Assembly: GCA_052055015.1 (NCBI GenBank)
Contig: JBQJIT010000012.1
Source of the DNA: Malassezia furfur
Taxonomy: Eukaryota
DNA: 64,000 nucleotides
Strand: one strand, 5' to 3'
Below, one piece after another: positions 9,034-19,250 of the stretch. The position numbers and the translations under genes were made by a program. The notes under the pieces are model-generated. The model worked only from the letters and a program-made list of their open reading frames with translations, ran no database searches and had not been told where the DNA came from. The number at the start of each line of letters is the position of its first letter. Position 1 is the first letter of the stretch.

Positions 9034-11397
9034 ATGGCGCACGAGGAGCTCGGTGAGGAGGACCCGCTGCAGGCCGTCGTGCTGTGTGATGTGTTCACGC
9101 AGCGCTTCGCGCCGCTCACGCTCGACATGCCGCGGTGCTTGATGCCCGTGTGCAATGTGCCGCTGATCGAGTGGACCATCGAGACGCTGGCACGCGCCGG
9201 TGTGCACGAGGTCTTCTTCTTGGCGACGTGGCACGTCGCGCAGATCCGCGCGTACCTCGAGGAGAAGCACCCGGCAATGTGCAAGCCCCCAGCTGCACGC
9301 GGTGGCTCGACCAACACAACGTCGCTCCAGAAGCTCACGCTGATCGCCGTGCCCGAAGCACGCAGCGTCGGCGACATGATGCGCGAGCTCGACGCGCACC
9401 AGGTCATCAAGTCCGACTTTGTGCTGATGCACGGTGATGCGGTCGGCAACCTGGACCTTGCGGCGGTGGTCGCGGCGCACAAGCAGCGCCGGCGCGTCGA
9501 CCGCAACGCGATCATGACCGTGTGCACCATGTCGGTCGCGGAGCATTCGCGCGCGCGGCCGTTTGGCGACCAGTCGGTGTTCACCATGGCGCCGAGCACC
9601 TCGCAACTGCTCTACTACAACTCTGTGCCTGCGATCCCGCGCAAGCCGTTCATCAAGCTGCCACTCGAACTGTTCGACGATGAGAGCGCGCAGAGCCTCA
9701 GTGGAAAGGGCGCCGAGATCGACGTGCGCAACGACCTCGTGCACTGCGGCGTCGACGTGTGCGCGATCGACGTGCCGCCGCTGTTTACGGAAAACTTTGA
9801 CTACCAGTTGTTCCTGCGCGAGTTTGTGCAGGGCATTCTCACCTCGGACCTGCTCGAGGCCAAAATCTTTCTCCACGTCGCGCCGCCGGCCAACGCATCG
9901 TCAACGTCGTCGGGCACACCGTGGGACGCCACCGCCAAGGGGCTTCTCGGCTCCCCCGCCTATGGCGAGGGCTACATGCTGCGCGCCTCGGGACCGGGCG
10001 CATACGAGGTGGTGAGCAACGATGTGCTCACCGGCTGGACCTATCCGTACACGCCGCGCCTGCGCCTGCCGAACAGCGCCAACTATACGCACCTCAGCTC
10101 GCTGCGCTTCCTCGGAGAGGGAGCGACCTATGCGCTCTCGGCGCGCATCGGTTTCCGCAGCCTGATCGGCCCCGCGTCGCGGCTCGAGGACGAGGTGGAT
10201 GTGCACCACTCGGTGGTCGGCGCGCGCGTCAGGATTGGCGCACGCTCGCGGGTGCACCACGCGTTCCTGTGGGACAACGTGACCGTCGGCGAGGACTGCG
10301 AGCTTAGTGGCTGCATCGTCGGACACAACGTCACCATCCTGGACCGCGTGCGCCTCGACCGCGGGACGATTGTCGCGCCAAACTGCGTGATTGGGCCAGA
10401 TGTGCACCTCGAGCGCGGTGCGCGCGTGTCGCTGCACCCCTTCCGCGAGAGCGAAGACGACGACGAGGAAGACGAGGAGCGCAGCGGCGACGCCAGTGCG
10501 CTCGGTGCCAACGGCAAGGGCTACCTCTGGGAGCCGCTGCACGCCAAGGTTCACGATGCGGATTCGGACGAGGACGACGCGGACGAGATCGAAAATGCCG
10601 CAAACGCACAGCTGTTTGGCATGGACGCGGACCTGGCCGAAGTCGACCTGAGCGACGCGCCATCCGACCTGTCGTCGATCGACGCTGACTCAGACCCCGA
10701 GGCGTTGCTTGGCGACGACAGCGAAGACGAGCTCGACTCTGACTCGGACCTCGACTCGCCCGACTCGCCCTCGGGCTTTGGCAGCGTGTCGCTCACGCTG
10801 CCGGATGGCACCGAGTCGCAGACATACGGCGAAAAGGTCGAGACCGAGAACCGCTTGTCCGAGTTCCGCGTGGAGGCCAACGCGTCGCTGGAGCGCGCAT
10901 TTGAGGAGAACCACGCGGCGGAAAATGCGGCGATCGAGCTCAAGACACTGCGTATGGCCAGCAACGTGCCGCCCAGCGAGGTGCGGCGCGTGGTGATTGC
11001 ATTTGTGCTGGCGCGCTGCGATGTGGAACGCCCCAAGGAGACCGCCGACCTGCTGGACAAGTGGGGAGCGCTCTTCCGCGAGGTGTCGCACGACGACCAG
11101 GTTGAGGCCATTGCGGTGATGCAGTCGTACTGCGCCATGCACCTCACCCACACGCGCCTCTTTTTGCCGCTGCTGAAGAAGGCGTACAACGACGAGATGG
11201 TGTCGGACGACGCAATCCTGGCGTGGTGGCGCCACCCGTCGAGCCGCAAGGTGGTGTACGAGCTCGACGAGAAGCGCGAGGCAGCTGTCAAGCCCGTCGT
11301 GCTCGAGCTTCGGAAACGCGCCGAGCCCGTCGTGCGCCACATCCTCGAATCGCAGGAATCGTCCGAGGAGGACGAGGAAGAGGACGACGACGAATAG
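9034..11397 (+). CDS. GCD6: Translation initiation factor eIF2B epsilon subunit
   Basis: LQAVVL.D.F..RF.PLT...PRCL.P..NVPLIE; LFTENFDYQ; hexapeptide repeats; ELKTLRMASN and C-terminal W2 domain. Confidence 0.96.
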   Translation: MAHEELGEEDPLQAVVLCDVFTQRFAPLTLDMPRCLMPVCNVPLIEWTIETLARAGVHEVFFLATWHVAQIRAYLEEKHPAMCKPPAARGGSTNTTSLQKLTLIAVPEARSVGDMMRELDAHQVIKSDFVLMHGDAVGNLDLAAVVAAHKQRRRVDRNAIMTVCTMSVAEHSRARPFGDQSVFTMAPSTSQLLYYNSVPAIPRKPFIKLPLELFDDESAQSLSGKGAEIDVRNDLVHCGVDVCAIDVPPLFTENFDYQLFLREFVQGILTSDLLEAKIFLHVAPPANASSTSSGTPWDATAKGLLGSPAYGEGYMLRASGPGAYEVVSNDVLTGWTYPYTPRLRLPNSANYTHLSSLRFLGEGATYALSARIGFRSLIGPASRLEDEVDVHHSVVGARVRIGARSRVHHAFLWDNVTVGEDCELSGCIVGHNVTILDRVRLDRGTIVAPNCVIGPDVHLERGARVSLHPFRESEDDDEEDEERSGDASALGANGKGYLWEPLHAKVHDADSDEDDADEIENAANAQLFGMDADLAEVDLSDAPSDLSSIDADSDPEALLGDDSEDELDSDSDLDSPDSPSGFGSVSLTLPDGTESQTYGEKVETENRLSEFRVEANASLERAFEENHAAENAAIELKTLRMASNVPPSEVRRVVIAFVLARCDVERPKETADLLDKWGALFREVSHDDQVEAIAVMQSYCAMHLTHTRLFLPLLKKAYNDEMVSDDAILAWWRHPSSRKVVYELDEKREAAVKPVVLELRKRAEPVVRHILESQESSEEDEEEDDDE

Positions 11398-11401
11398 TCC
11401 G

Positions 11402-12201
11402 CTACGATAGCACTAATCCGAAATACTCGACGACGTGCGCCACGATCGCGGTCCATTCCATCATCGCACCGTTGCCTGCGTCAGCCAGTTACGTACCCAA
11501 ATCGCCGCACGCCAACCGTTTCTCGATGGGGCCAAACACCTCGTAATGCAACGTATCGCGCAGCACATCCAAATGCTGGTCTGTGAGGGGATGCAGGTAC
11601 ATGAGTGTATTCATGGCTGGGTACACCCACGTAGGCGTATCAGGCGACAGCGCGCGCAAAAACGAGGTCACGACATTGTCGCACAGACCATGCGCGATCT
11701 TGGCCAGGGTATTGGCGCTGCACGGCGCAAGGAGCACAACGTCCGCCCACCGGCGCAGCTGCGTAAGCGTCACACTACGCACCTCGATGTGCAGCACGGG
11801 GTCGCCGAGTACCTTCCACGCGCCCCACTCATCGGCATCGGTCCAGAGCCGAAGCCGAGGGCCATGCGGCATCGTCGCCTCGCCGCCCTGCGCAATCGTT
11901 TCGGCGGCCTTGTTCATGATAGACAAATCCTTTACAGTATACCTCTCGTCATTCAGCCCACGAATCGCGTCACGGTCGACAAAATGCAGTGCGTCGCGTG
12001 TCGCAACGATCTGCACTTGGACGTTGGCGTACTGGTGAGCGACGACGTCCATACCTTGAGCAGTTCCTTGGCTATTAGTGACACCTTGACACTCGCGACG
12101 CTCCCTGTACATGCTAATACTACATGCAGCGGCCGCTCGGCTGTCGGCGGCACTTGGAGCTGCGCGTACATCGACCGCAGCGAGCGCGGCACGTCCGTCA
12201 T
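11402..12201 (-). CDS. Phosphopantothenoylcysteine decarboxylase (Hal3/Cab3 flavoprotein family), 4 exons
   Basis: VLACTGSVASVK, HIELRRWAD..L.APCSANTLAKIA.GLCDN, PAMNTLMY.HP, LACGDLGNGAM. Introns 12032-12054, 11759-11782, 11476-11496. Confidence 0.92.
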
Positions 12202-12217
12202 GCTATGTGGAGGCTAC

Positions 12218-13588
12218 TTACGCATCGGGTGCGGGGGAGGGCCAACACAGCTCGTTGACCTGGGCGTCTTGCAGCGTACGCCGCACCATACCTTCAAACG
12301 AAGTAAGCTGATGGTAGAGGGTCTCGTATTTTTCCTGCAGGGATGCATCCACGGGATAGGTGCCCAGTCCGGCAGTCAGCGCACGGAACGCCGACAGGGC
12401 GACGTGCACCTCTTCGGTGGTGCTCATTCCCAGCAAGGTCGGCACCGCTTCCTTGGATGCCGCATTGCGCAGACCAAACGACAAGGCAGTATAGCCCAGG
12501 ACATTGTCGCCCGTCACAGGTGCGATATCGGTCACGCTTGCAGCATTCTTAGCACGCGCATGCGCCAATTGAACGGCTTCGAGCAGCTTGGGATTGGCAG
12601 GGTGCCAGGCCGGCGGGCCGCGATCAGAAAAAAGACCCATAGAGAACGGAGACGCATTGATGAGCATGGGCGGCTCCCAATTCGCTTCGGATGCACCCGA
12701 CGGACGCGTAGCAAACAGCGGGCGCCATGCAGAAAGCAAGTCGGCATGGAGGGTGTCGTTGCTGTAACTGAGGATCACATCGAGCGGGCGGTACGGTGGA
12801 TGAGATGCAATCAGACGAGAAATGCGCACGAGTTCGCCCAGTGGATACCCACTCATGCCCACATTGCGAATCACCCCTTGATCTTTGAGTTTAAACAAGG
12901 TTCGCGCTGCTTCCAACACGCGCTCATCGCCCGGACCACGAATTTTTGCCGCGTCCTCGGGTGCAATGCCAAGGAGATGGCGTGCTTCATCTTGGCCGCG
13001 CGGCACGCCTGCACATGGCAGTCCAACTGCCTGTGCCGCAAGCGGCGCGCCCTCAGGGAGCAGTGCGATCTCTGGCTGATCCGACACGAACTCGATGTCG
13101 TGAAGAAGCGCTGCATCGAGGTAAGTGGTGCCGAGCCGGTTCAAGCTCCGTTGAATGGATGCCTCGATCCGCTCGGGCGAGTAGTCAAACTTGGACTTGT
13201 CCAAACCATAGCGACCGCACTTGGTAATAAGAAAGTAGGAGGAACGCGGGTATTCAGGAGCGAGAATGCGCAGCGCGCGACCTAGAACAAGTTCGGATGG
13301 TTCATAATAGGCCGAAGTGTCCAGTGCGTTGATGCCGTACCGAAAGGCGAGGCGGAGAGCGCGTACGGCAGCATCGCTGTACAACAGCGTGTCGTCGTTA
13401 TACTTGCCGTGCCCATACACGCCACCGCCGAACATCAAGGGCGAGCATTGCGTTTTCAGGTCAGTGAGGACCTCCGGTTTGGGCCATGGTGCCGTACCGT
13501 CGCGCAGAGGGGCCTCCTGCAAGCTCGCAAGCGGCACAAGCTCACCAAACGCCTCGATTGGCGGATCTTCTGGCAGCGGCGTCGGCAT
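12218..13588 (-). CDS. Aldo/keto reductase, D-arabinose 1-dehydrogenase (Ara2)-like
   Basis: GINALDTSAYY..SE..LG.AL, LITKCGRYG...FDYS, SL.RLGT.YLD...LHDIEF, GMSGYPL. Start at MPTPLP. Confidence 0.85.
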   Translation of the reverse strand: MPTPLPEDPPIEAFGELVPLASLQEAPLRDGTAPWPKPEVLTDLKTQCSPLMFGGGVYGHGKYNDDTLLYSDAAVRALRLAFRYGINALDTSAYYEPSELVLGRALRILAPEYPRSSYFLITKCGRYGLDKSKFDYSPERIEASIQRSLNRLGTTYLDAALLHDIEFVSDQPEIALLPEGAPLAAQAVGLPCAGVPRGQDEARHLLGIAPEDAAKIRGPGDERVLEAARTLFKLKDQGVIRNVGMSGYPLGELVRISRLIASHPPYRPLDVILSYSNDTLHADLLSAWRPLFATRPSGASEANWEPPMLINASPFSMGLFSDRGPPAWHPANPKLLEAVQLAHARAKNAASVTDIAPVTGDNVLGYTALSFGLRNAASKEAVPTLLGMSTTEEVHVALSAFRALTAGLGTYPVDASLQEKYETLYHQLTSFEGMVRRTLQDAQVNELCWPSPAPDA

Positions 13589-13717
13589 GGTGGAGGGGCT
13601 GCGCGAAGCTTCGATAGGATTATGTAATACCTGCGCACCTACCACCGGCGTTTCCCGGGGCCGGACCGTGGGGAAGTCACGGGGCGCCCCTCGCCTAGTC
13701 TTCCTACCGGAACCATC

Positions 13718-14968
13718 ATGTCTCTTACTACGAAGCTTGCTGTTACCGACCTGGACCTCGCAAACAAGCGTGTGCTGATTCGCGTGGACTTCAACGTTCC
13801 CCTGGACGGTGACAAGATTACCAACAACCAGCGCATTGTCGCGGCGCTTCCCACAATCAAGTATGCCATTGAGCACAAGGCCAAGGCGGTGGTGCTCATG
13901 TCGCACCTCGGCCGCCCCGATGGTCAGAAGGTGGACAAGTTCTCGCTGAAGCCAGTTGTGCCGGAGTTGAGCAAGTTGCTCGACCGCGACGTCGAGTTCC
14001 TCGACGACTGCGTTGGCCCCGAGGTCGAAAAGAAAGTGAACGAGGCCAAGGACGGTCAGGTGATCCTGCTCGAAAACGTCCGCTTCCACATTGAGGAAGA
14101 GGGCAAGGGCAAGAACGCGAGCGGTGAGAAGGTCAAGACCGACAAGGACGCTGTGGAGAAGTTCCGCCAGGAGTTGACCAAGCTCGGCGACGTGTATATC
14201 AACGACGCGTTTGGCACGGCGCACCGTGCGCACTCGTCGGTGGTCGGTGTGGAGCTGCCGCAGCGTGCGGCGGGCTTCCTGGTGAAGAAGGAGCTGGACT
14301 TCTTCTCCAAGGCGCTCGAGAACCCCGAGCGGCCGTTCCTGGCGATCCTGGGTGGTGCCAAGATCTCGGACAAGATCCAGCTCATTGAGAACATGCTGGA
14401 CAAGGTGAACATGCTCATCATTGGCGGTGGTATGGCGTTCACCTTCAAGAAGCAGATTGACAACATGAGCATTGGCAGCTCGCTGTATGATGAGGAGGGT
14501 GCCAAGAAGGTGCACGAGATCATGGAGAAGGCCAAGAAGAACAACGTCGAGGTGCTTCTGCCCGTGGACTACGTGACCGGCGACAAGTTCGGCAAGGATG
14601 CCCAGGTCGGCCACGCGGATGACGCGAGCGGTATCCCCGACGGGTGGATGGGCCTGGACATTGGCGAGAAGAGTCGCAAGCTCTTCGCCGATGCGATTGT
14701 CAAGGCCAAGACGATCCTGTGGAACGGCCCGCCCGGTGTGTTTGAGTTTGACAACTTTGCCGGCGGCTCCAAGGCGCTGCTCGACGCGGTCGTCGAGGCC
14801 GAGAAGAAGGGCAGCACGGTGATTGTCGGCGGTGGTGACACGGCGACGGTCGTGGCCAAGTACGGTGAGGAGAAGAACATCTCGCACGTGTCGACGGGCG
14901 GTGGTGCTTCGCTCGAGCTGCTCGAGGGCAAGGACCTGCCCGGTGTGTCCGCGCTGAGCTCCAAGTAG
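13718..14968 (+). CDS. PGK1: Phosphoglycerate kinase
   Basis: [42 protein letters not shown]. Confidence 0.99.
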   Translation: MSLTTKLAVTDLDLANKRVLIRVDFNVPLDGDKITNNQRIVAALPTIKYAIEHKAKAVVLMSHLGRPDGQKVDKFSLKPVVPELSKLLDRDVEFLDDCVGPEVEKKVNEAKDGQVILLENVRFHIEEEGKGKNASGEKVKTDKDAVEKFRQELTKLGDVYINDAFGTAHRAHSSVVGVELPQRAAGFLVKKELDFFSKALENPERPFLAILGGAKISDKIQLIENMLDKVNMLIIGGGMAFTFKKQIDNMSIGSSLYDEEGAKKVHEIMEKAKKNNVEVLLPVDYVTGDKFGKDAQVGHADDASGIPDGWMGLDIGEKSRKLFADAIVKAKTILWNGPPGVFEFDNFAGGSKALLDAVVEAEKKGSTVIVGGGDTATVVAKYGEEKNISHVSTGGGASLELLEGKDLPGVSALSSK

Positions 14969-14985
14969 ATGTGTGACTAGCGAGG

Positions 14986-17415
14986 CTATTCGTTCTGCAT
15001 AATGAAGGCCAGTTCTTGCTTGAGCGTCTCGTTGCGGTACTGCAAACGAATGTTGGGCACGTTTGTCTTGGACACGTCGTTCCCGTCAGGCCCCGGCCGG
15101 AAGAAGTGGGTGCCGAGCCAGTGACGCTTGATTTCCATCTCCCAGCCGGACTGGAGCACACTGTTGCGTGCCAGCTCGCACATGTCGGTCGATGTGAGCT
15201 TGTAGATTTGTGTCGCGATACTGTACTCTTCGAGCAGCGGCTCCTTCGACAGATGGAACTGGAGCGGGTCGTCGGTCGACAGTGTGACGACGAGGCCCTT
15301 GCGGAAGTACTCAGGGAACGGGTTCCGCTCGTATGCCAAAAAGAGTGCATTGTTGCTCAGCGGTGACATGGCGAGCGGAATCTGCTTCAGGTAGTAGAGG
15401 TACTGCAGCACAGGCACCTTGCGGAGGGTGATGCCATGCGAAATCGACTGCGAGGTGAGGTACGCGGCGGCCATATGGTCTGGGTCGCCCGCCTCGCCGG
15501 CGTGCGGCCGGAGAACGAGCGTAGAAAAGCCGCGCAGGCGGCGCCACTGGTTGAGCGAGGCCATGTTGGCGTACATGTAGTACAGCCAGTAGGAGTACGG
15601 CGGGCTCTGGCTGTAGTTCCACTGACGCGGTGGCGGGAACTGTCGGAGGAAGCGGCGCTCAGGCTTGCTCTCGTCATCGACCATATCGAAGCCGATCACG
15701 CGCTGCAAAAAGATGTGCAGCTTGGGATGCGTCTGTGGGTTCTGTGTTACCTCAAACAGCGGCTGGAATATGTTGTGGAGGAGGTCCTGGAAGTTGGCCA
15801 CGTTGTTGTTCGCTTTGTACACCTCGTACAGCCGCGGCACCTGGATGAGCCACCGTATGTTGGGGTTGAACAGGTGGTGGTCCACGACCCAGCTCGCGAG
15901 CTTGTCCCACTCGTCCGGGTTGCGTCCGTAGATCGAGATGCGGTACTCGGACATTTGGTATTTGCTCTGCTCGAGGTCGTGCGCAATCTCGCGCGTAATC
16001 TCAGCAAGGTAGCGTCCATTGATGTAATTGTTCGTTTTGAGGAAGATTTCGCGGAGCTGTGATTTGCCGATCGGGTTGTACTTGAGGTTGAAGCGGTCGA
16101 ACCGATGGAAGGCGTCTTGGTGTGCGTGCATGTCGAGCGTGTCGATGCTCAGGTCGTACGCGGTGAGCCCGAGCGAGCGGAACACGTCATCGAGCGTAAG
16201 CGTTTTGCCGTCGCGCTGCAGCACAAGGTCGTCCGGGAAGCGCTTGATCTTGGACTTGATAAAGCGCAGCAGGTGCTTTTGATTCATGCTCGCACTGTGG
16301 TGGACGTGGGTATCAACCTTACGCACGTTGTAAAAGTCGCGATGCGGTACCTTTTTGATCGCATCCAGCTCGCGGTACTCGTTGAGCAGCTTGTACAGAT
16401 TCCACTTGCCCTCGAGGTACTTGAGACGACGCCATGCAAACGTCTTCGCGGGGCCATCGACCGTGAACGTGTGCAGGAAGTCGAGGTCGCGGAAGTACTC
16501 GTCGCTCGTCGGTACCTTGGTCACGTACCGCCGCGTGCGGTGCGCCACGACGCCCGCCTCGGCGCGGCCGTTGCGGGGATCGCTGTCGTCGCGGTCGAAC
16601 CACACCTGGAACACGCCGTGATCCGCCTCAAACTCGAACGGCCGATCGCCTAGCATATGCGGACCAGGAATCTCCATGTCCGACATGCGGAACACGCCGG
16701 GCTTGCCGCCACTGCTTTCGAGCAGCTGCTGCGCGGCGAGGACATTGGCGTGCGATGCGGGCGGCATCGGCTCCGGCAGCCCGCCACCGGCGTCCGGGCG
16801 CACGAACGACGACGCGGGAGCGGGCGTAAAATGTTCCCAGTGCGGCCGTGGCGGTGCGGGGTACACCTTCCACGGCTTGGGCCGCTCCGCTGCGTCGTCC
16901 CATGCGCAGCCGTCAACTTTTACCGCGCCGTCCTCGACGTGCTCATCAATGACCGGGAGCGATACGCCTGCGGCGCGTGACCATTCCTCACAGTACTCCG
17001 CATCCCAGTTCTTGGGGTTGTCGAACAGGTTGCCCTGCAGGCTCGTGTCCATGTACTTTTCGCGCAGTTCCAAGCACCGACGCAGATTCTTGAACAAATC
17101 CTCGCACTCGGATGGCATATGGTGCGGCATCTTCAGGATCTGGCTCACGACGTGGTCATCGCCGAACTGCATCTCCTCACCCATCGTGAACGCGGTGCCG
17201 AGCGTCGCGGCCGCTTCGGTCGCGATCGCCGAGTCCATGGCGGAGAGTTTCGCGTCGACCTCGTCGTGGTAAGGCGCGCCATTCTCCTCCTCGTCGGCGA
17301 CCTCATCGGCAATTGCCGCATGCCAGCCCTCGCCGACGCCACGCTCCAGCGACGCCTCGCGCGACTGTGACTCGTACTCGGCAGGCTGCCGAGGAAAGCG
17401 GCCGTACGCGCTCAT
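14986..17415 (-). CDS. AMD1: AMP deaminase
   Basis: HRDFYNVRKVDTHVHHSASMNQKHLLRFIK, RPHAGEAG, SLSTDDPLQFH-like motif. Start MSAYGRF. Confidence 0.97.
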   Translation of the reverse strand: MSAYGRFPRQPAEYESQSREASLERGVGEGWHAAIADEVADEEENGAPYHDEVDAKLSAMDSAIATEAAATLGTAFTMGEEMQFGDDHVVSQILKMPHHMPSECEDLFKNLRRCLELREKYMDTSLQGNLFDNPKNWDAEYCEEWSRAAGVSLPVIDEHVEDGAVKVDGCAWDDAAERPKPWKVYPAPPRPHWEHFTPAPASSFVRPDAGGGLPEPMPPASHANVLAAQQLLESSGGKPGVFRMSDMEIPGPHMLGDRPFEFEADHGVFQVWFDRDDSDPRNGRAEAGVVAHRTRRYVTKVPTSDEYFRDLDFLHTFTVDGPAKTFAWRRLKYLEGKWNLYKLLNEYRELDAIKKVPHRDFYNVRKVDTHVHHSASMNQKHLLRFIKSKIKRFPDDLVLQRDGKTLTLDDVFRSLGLTAYDLSIDTLDMHAHQDAFHRFDRFNLKYNPIGKSQLREIFLKTNNYINGRYLAEITREIAHDLEQSKYQMSEYRISIYGRNPDEWDKLASWVVDHHLFNPNIRWLIQVPRLYEVYKANNNVANFQDLLHNIFQPLFEVTQNPQTHPKLHIFLQRVIGFDMVDDESKPERRFLRQFPPPRQWNYSQSPPYSYWLYYMYANMASLNQWRRLRGFSTLVLRPHAGEAGDPDHMAAAYLTSQSISHGITLRKVPVLQYLYYLKQIPLAMSPLSNNALFLAYERNPFPEYFRKGLVVTLSTDDPLQFHLSKEPLLEEYSIATQIYKLTSTDMCELARNSVLQSGWEMEIKRHWLGTHFFRPGPDGNDVSKTNVPNIRLQYRNETLKQELAFIMQNE

Positions 17416-17469
17416 GGTGGAGAAAATAGTGCGCACGTGGCACCGCGCGCGTTGCTGCACGCGTCGACG

Positions 17470-19250
17470 ATGGACACGCACCTGGACGCGCTGCAGCGCA
17501 CGCTCGATGCGCTGCACACCCAGCTTGCGTACACCAAGGAGCAGCAGCAGCATCCGTCGTACTTTACGAATGCCGTGCTGCGCACCAACCAGCTCGATAT
17601 CCTCGAGCTGATCCGCGACGCCGATCAACTCGAAGCGTCCTTGTTTGCCTACCCCGCACGCGACGACGGCGCCGAGCGGGGCCGCGAAGTGCCGCTTGCG
17701 CCCCAGCCGCGCGCAGTGCACATCCCCACGCCGCTGCGCCGCAGCGCAACCGACGCGCCCGGTGCACACAGCGCGCGCTTCTACCTGCAGGCCGCCGAGA
17801 AACTCATGCAGAGCTAGTACGTCTCATGCACTCACGCAGCCACAACGCACCGCGCGCGCGCAAGCACATCCGAATGCTGCTCAAGCGTGACGGCGAGGTA
17901 CAGCGGCACATCCAGCGTTATTCGTCCACCATCGAGCACGCGAAAAACACCCAACCGACCCCCGCCAAGGCCCGGCCGAACCGCGCTCGGGTGTCGGACA
18001 ATGACGAGTTGCGGCATCTCCGCGAGGAGATCCAGCGGGAAAAGATGGAGATCGTTGCGCTGGAGAACATGCTCGCTGAACTCGAGACGGCGCCGGCGCC
18101 GCAGCCCGCCGAACTCACCGACGCGCCCGCTGCCGAGCCGGCGCGTGGACCTACTGCATCTCCCTCCAAGCCGGAACGCACCGCGCGCGCACAGCCGTCG
18201 TCTTCGCGGGCTGCTACACGCACACCCAAGACGCCCGCGCCCAGTACGCCGTCCAAGGCGTCCCTGGCGCAGTCGGTGCGTACACGTACTCCGGAACGGA
18301 CACCAGCGACCGCACGTCTTCGGCGCACCTTGGATGGCACGCCGCGCTTTGCACAGAGCGTGTCGCAGCCTCCCAGTACGACTCCAGCACGTCAGGCACG
18401 CCGCCCGCTTGCACAGAGCGTCGCGTCGCCCTCAACGCCAAACCGCCGCGCACCGCCCGCCTCGCCCGCCCGGGCCCAGGGCTCGCCGGCGGTGCGTACG
18501 CCAGCATCGCCTGCGATACGTACCCCTGCCTCCCCCGCTGTACGCGTGCCGGCGTCCCCGGCCGTCCGTGCGCCGGTGTCCCCGGCCGTCCGTACACCGG
18601 CGTCCCCGGCCGTCGGCCGCGCCCCTTCTGGAACGCCGACGCGCCCGGCGCTGCTTCCCCTGGGCCAAGTCCCGCCGGCGTCTTCCGAGCTAGAACGCAT
18701 TACGGCGCTGCTTTGGACGCGGTTTGGCGAGGCACTGCGGTACGTCAGTGCCGAGGAGCGCGCTTCTTTCACCGCCACATTTGCGCTCCTTGCATCACTT
18801 GAGTGCTGTGGGCAGGACCCCAGTGCGCTGCAGACGGATGCGGCGGCCTCGGCAGACGACTCGGTGCGTGCACCGAGCGGCGTGACCTCGCTTGCGACGC
18901 AGAGCAGTGCGGGGGTGCCGCTGAGTGCGCCGCTGAACGTCAATACGGTGGTGATGGCACACGTCATCCTGCTCCTCTTCCGTGCGCCGGCGCCGCACAC
19001 CCTCACGCTGCCCACGATCAAGACACTCACCGAGTCGTGGTGGCGGCAGCGGGGGCAGGACGTGTTCCGTGCGACGTCCGCCACGCCAGCCCTGTCCCAC
19101 GCCGAGGCCGTCCGCCAGGCGGGGCTGGACGCGTCCGAAGTCGAAATGGGCGGCGACACGCTGGGGTCGCGCGCTGTGTATGGTCTCGTTGCCAAGAAGC
19201 TGCTGCGCATCCACCGCGCAGGCGGCGCAGCAACGATCCAGTTTGCATAG
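17470..19250 (+). CDS. SPC34: DASH/Dam1 complex subunit Spc34-like, with long C-terminal extension (585 aa)
   Basis: N-terminal YFTNAVL...LIRDADQLEASLF and PTPLR match Spc34; intron 17817-17839 (23 nt) joins the two ORFs. Confidence 0.7.

Noticed and set aside
8962..9876. N-terminal extension of the nucleoporin ORF to 1323 aa
   Set aside because: Antisense to GCD6; the plausible start is Met at 8961.
13589..14887. 889-aa ORF apparently fusing the aldo-keto reductase to an upstream domain
   Set aside because: The upstream part is the antisense frame of PGK1.
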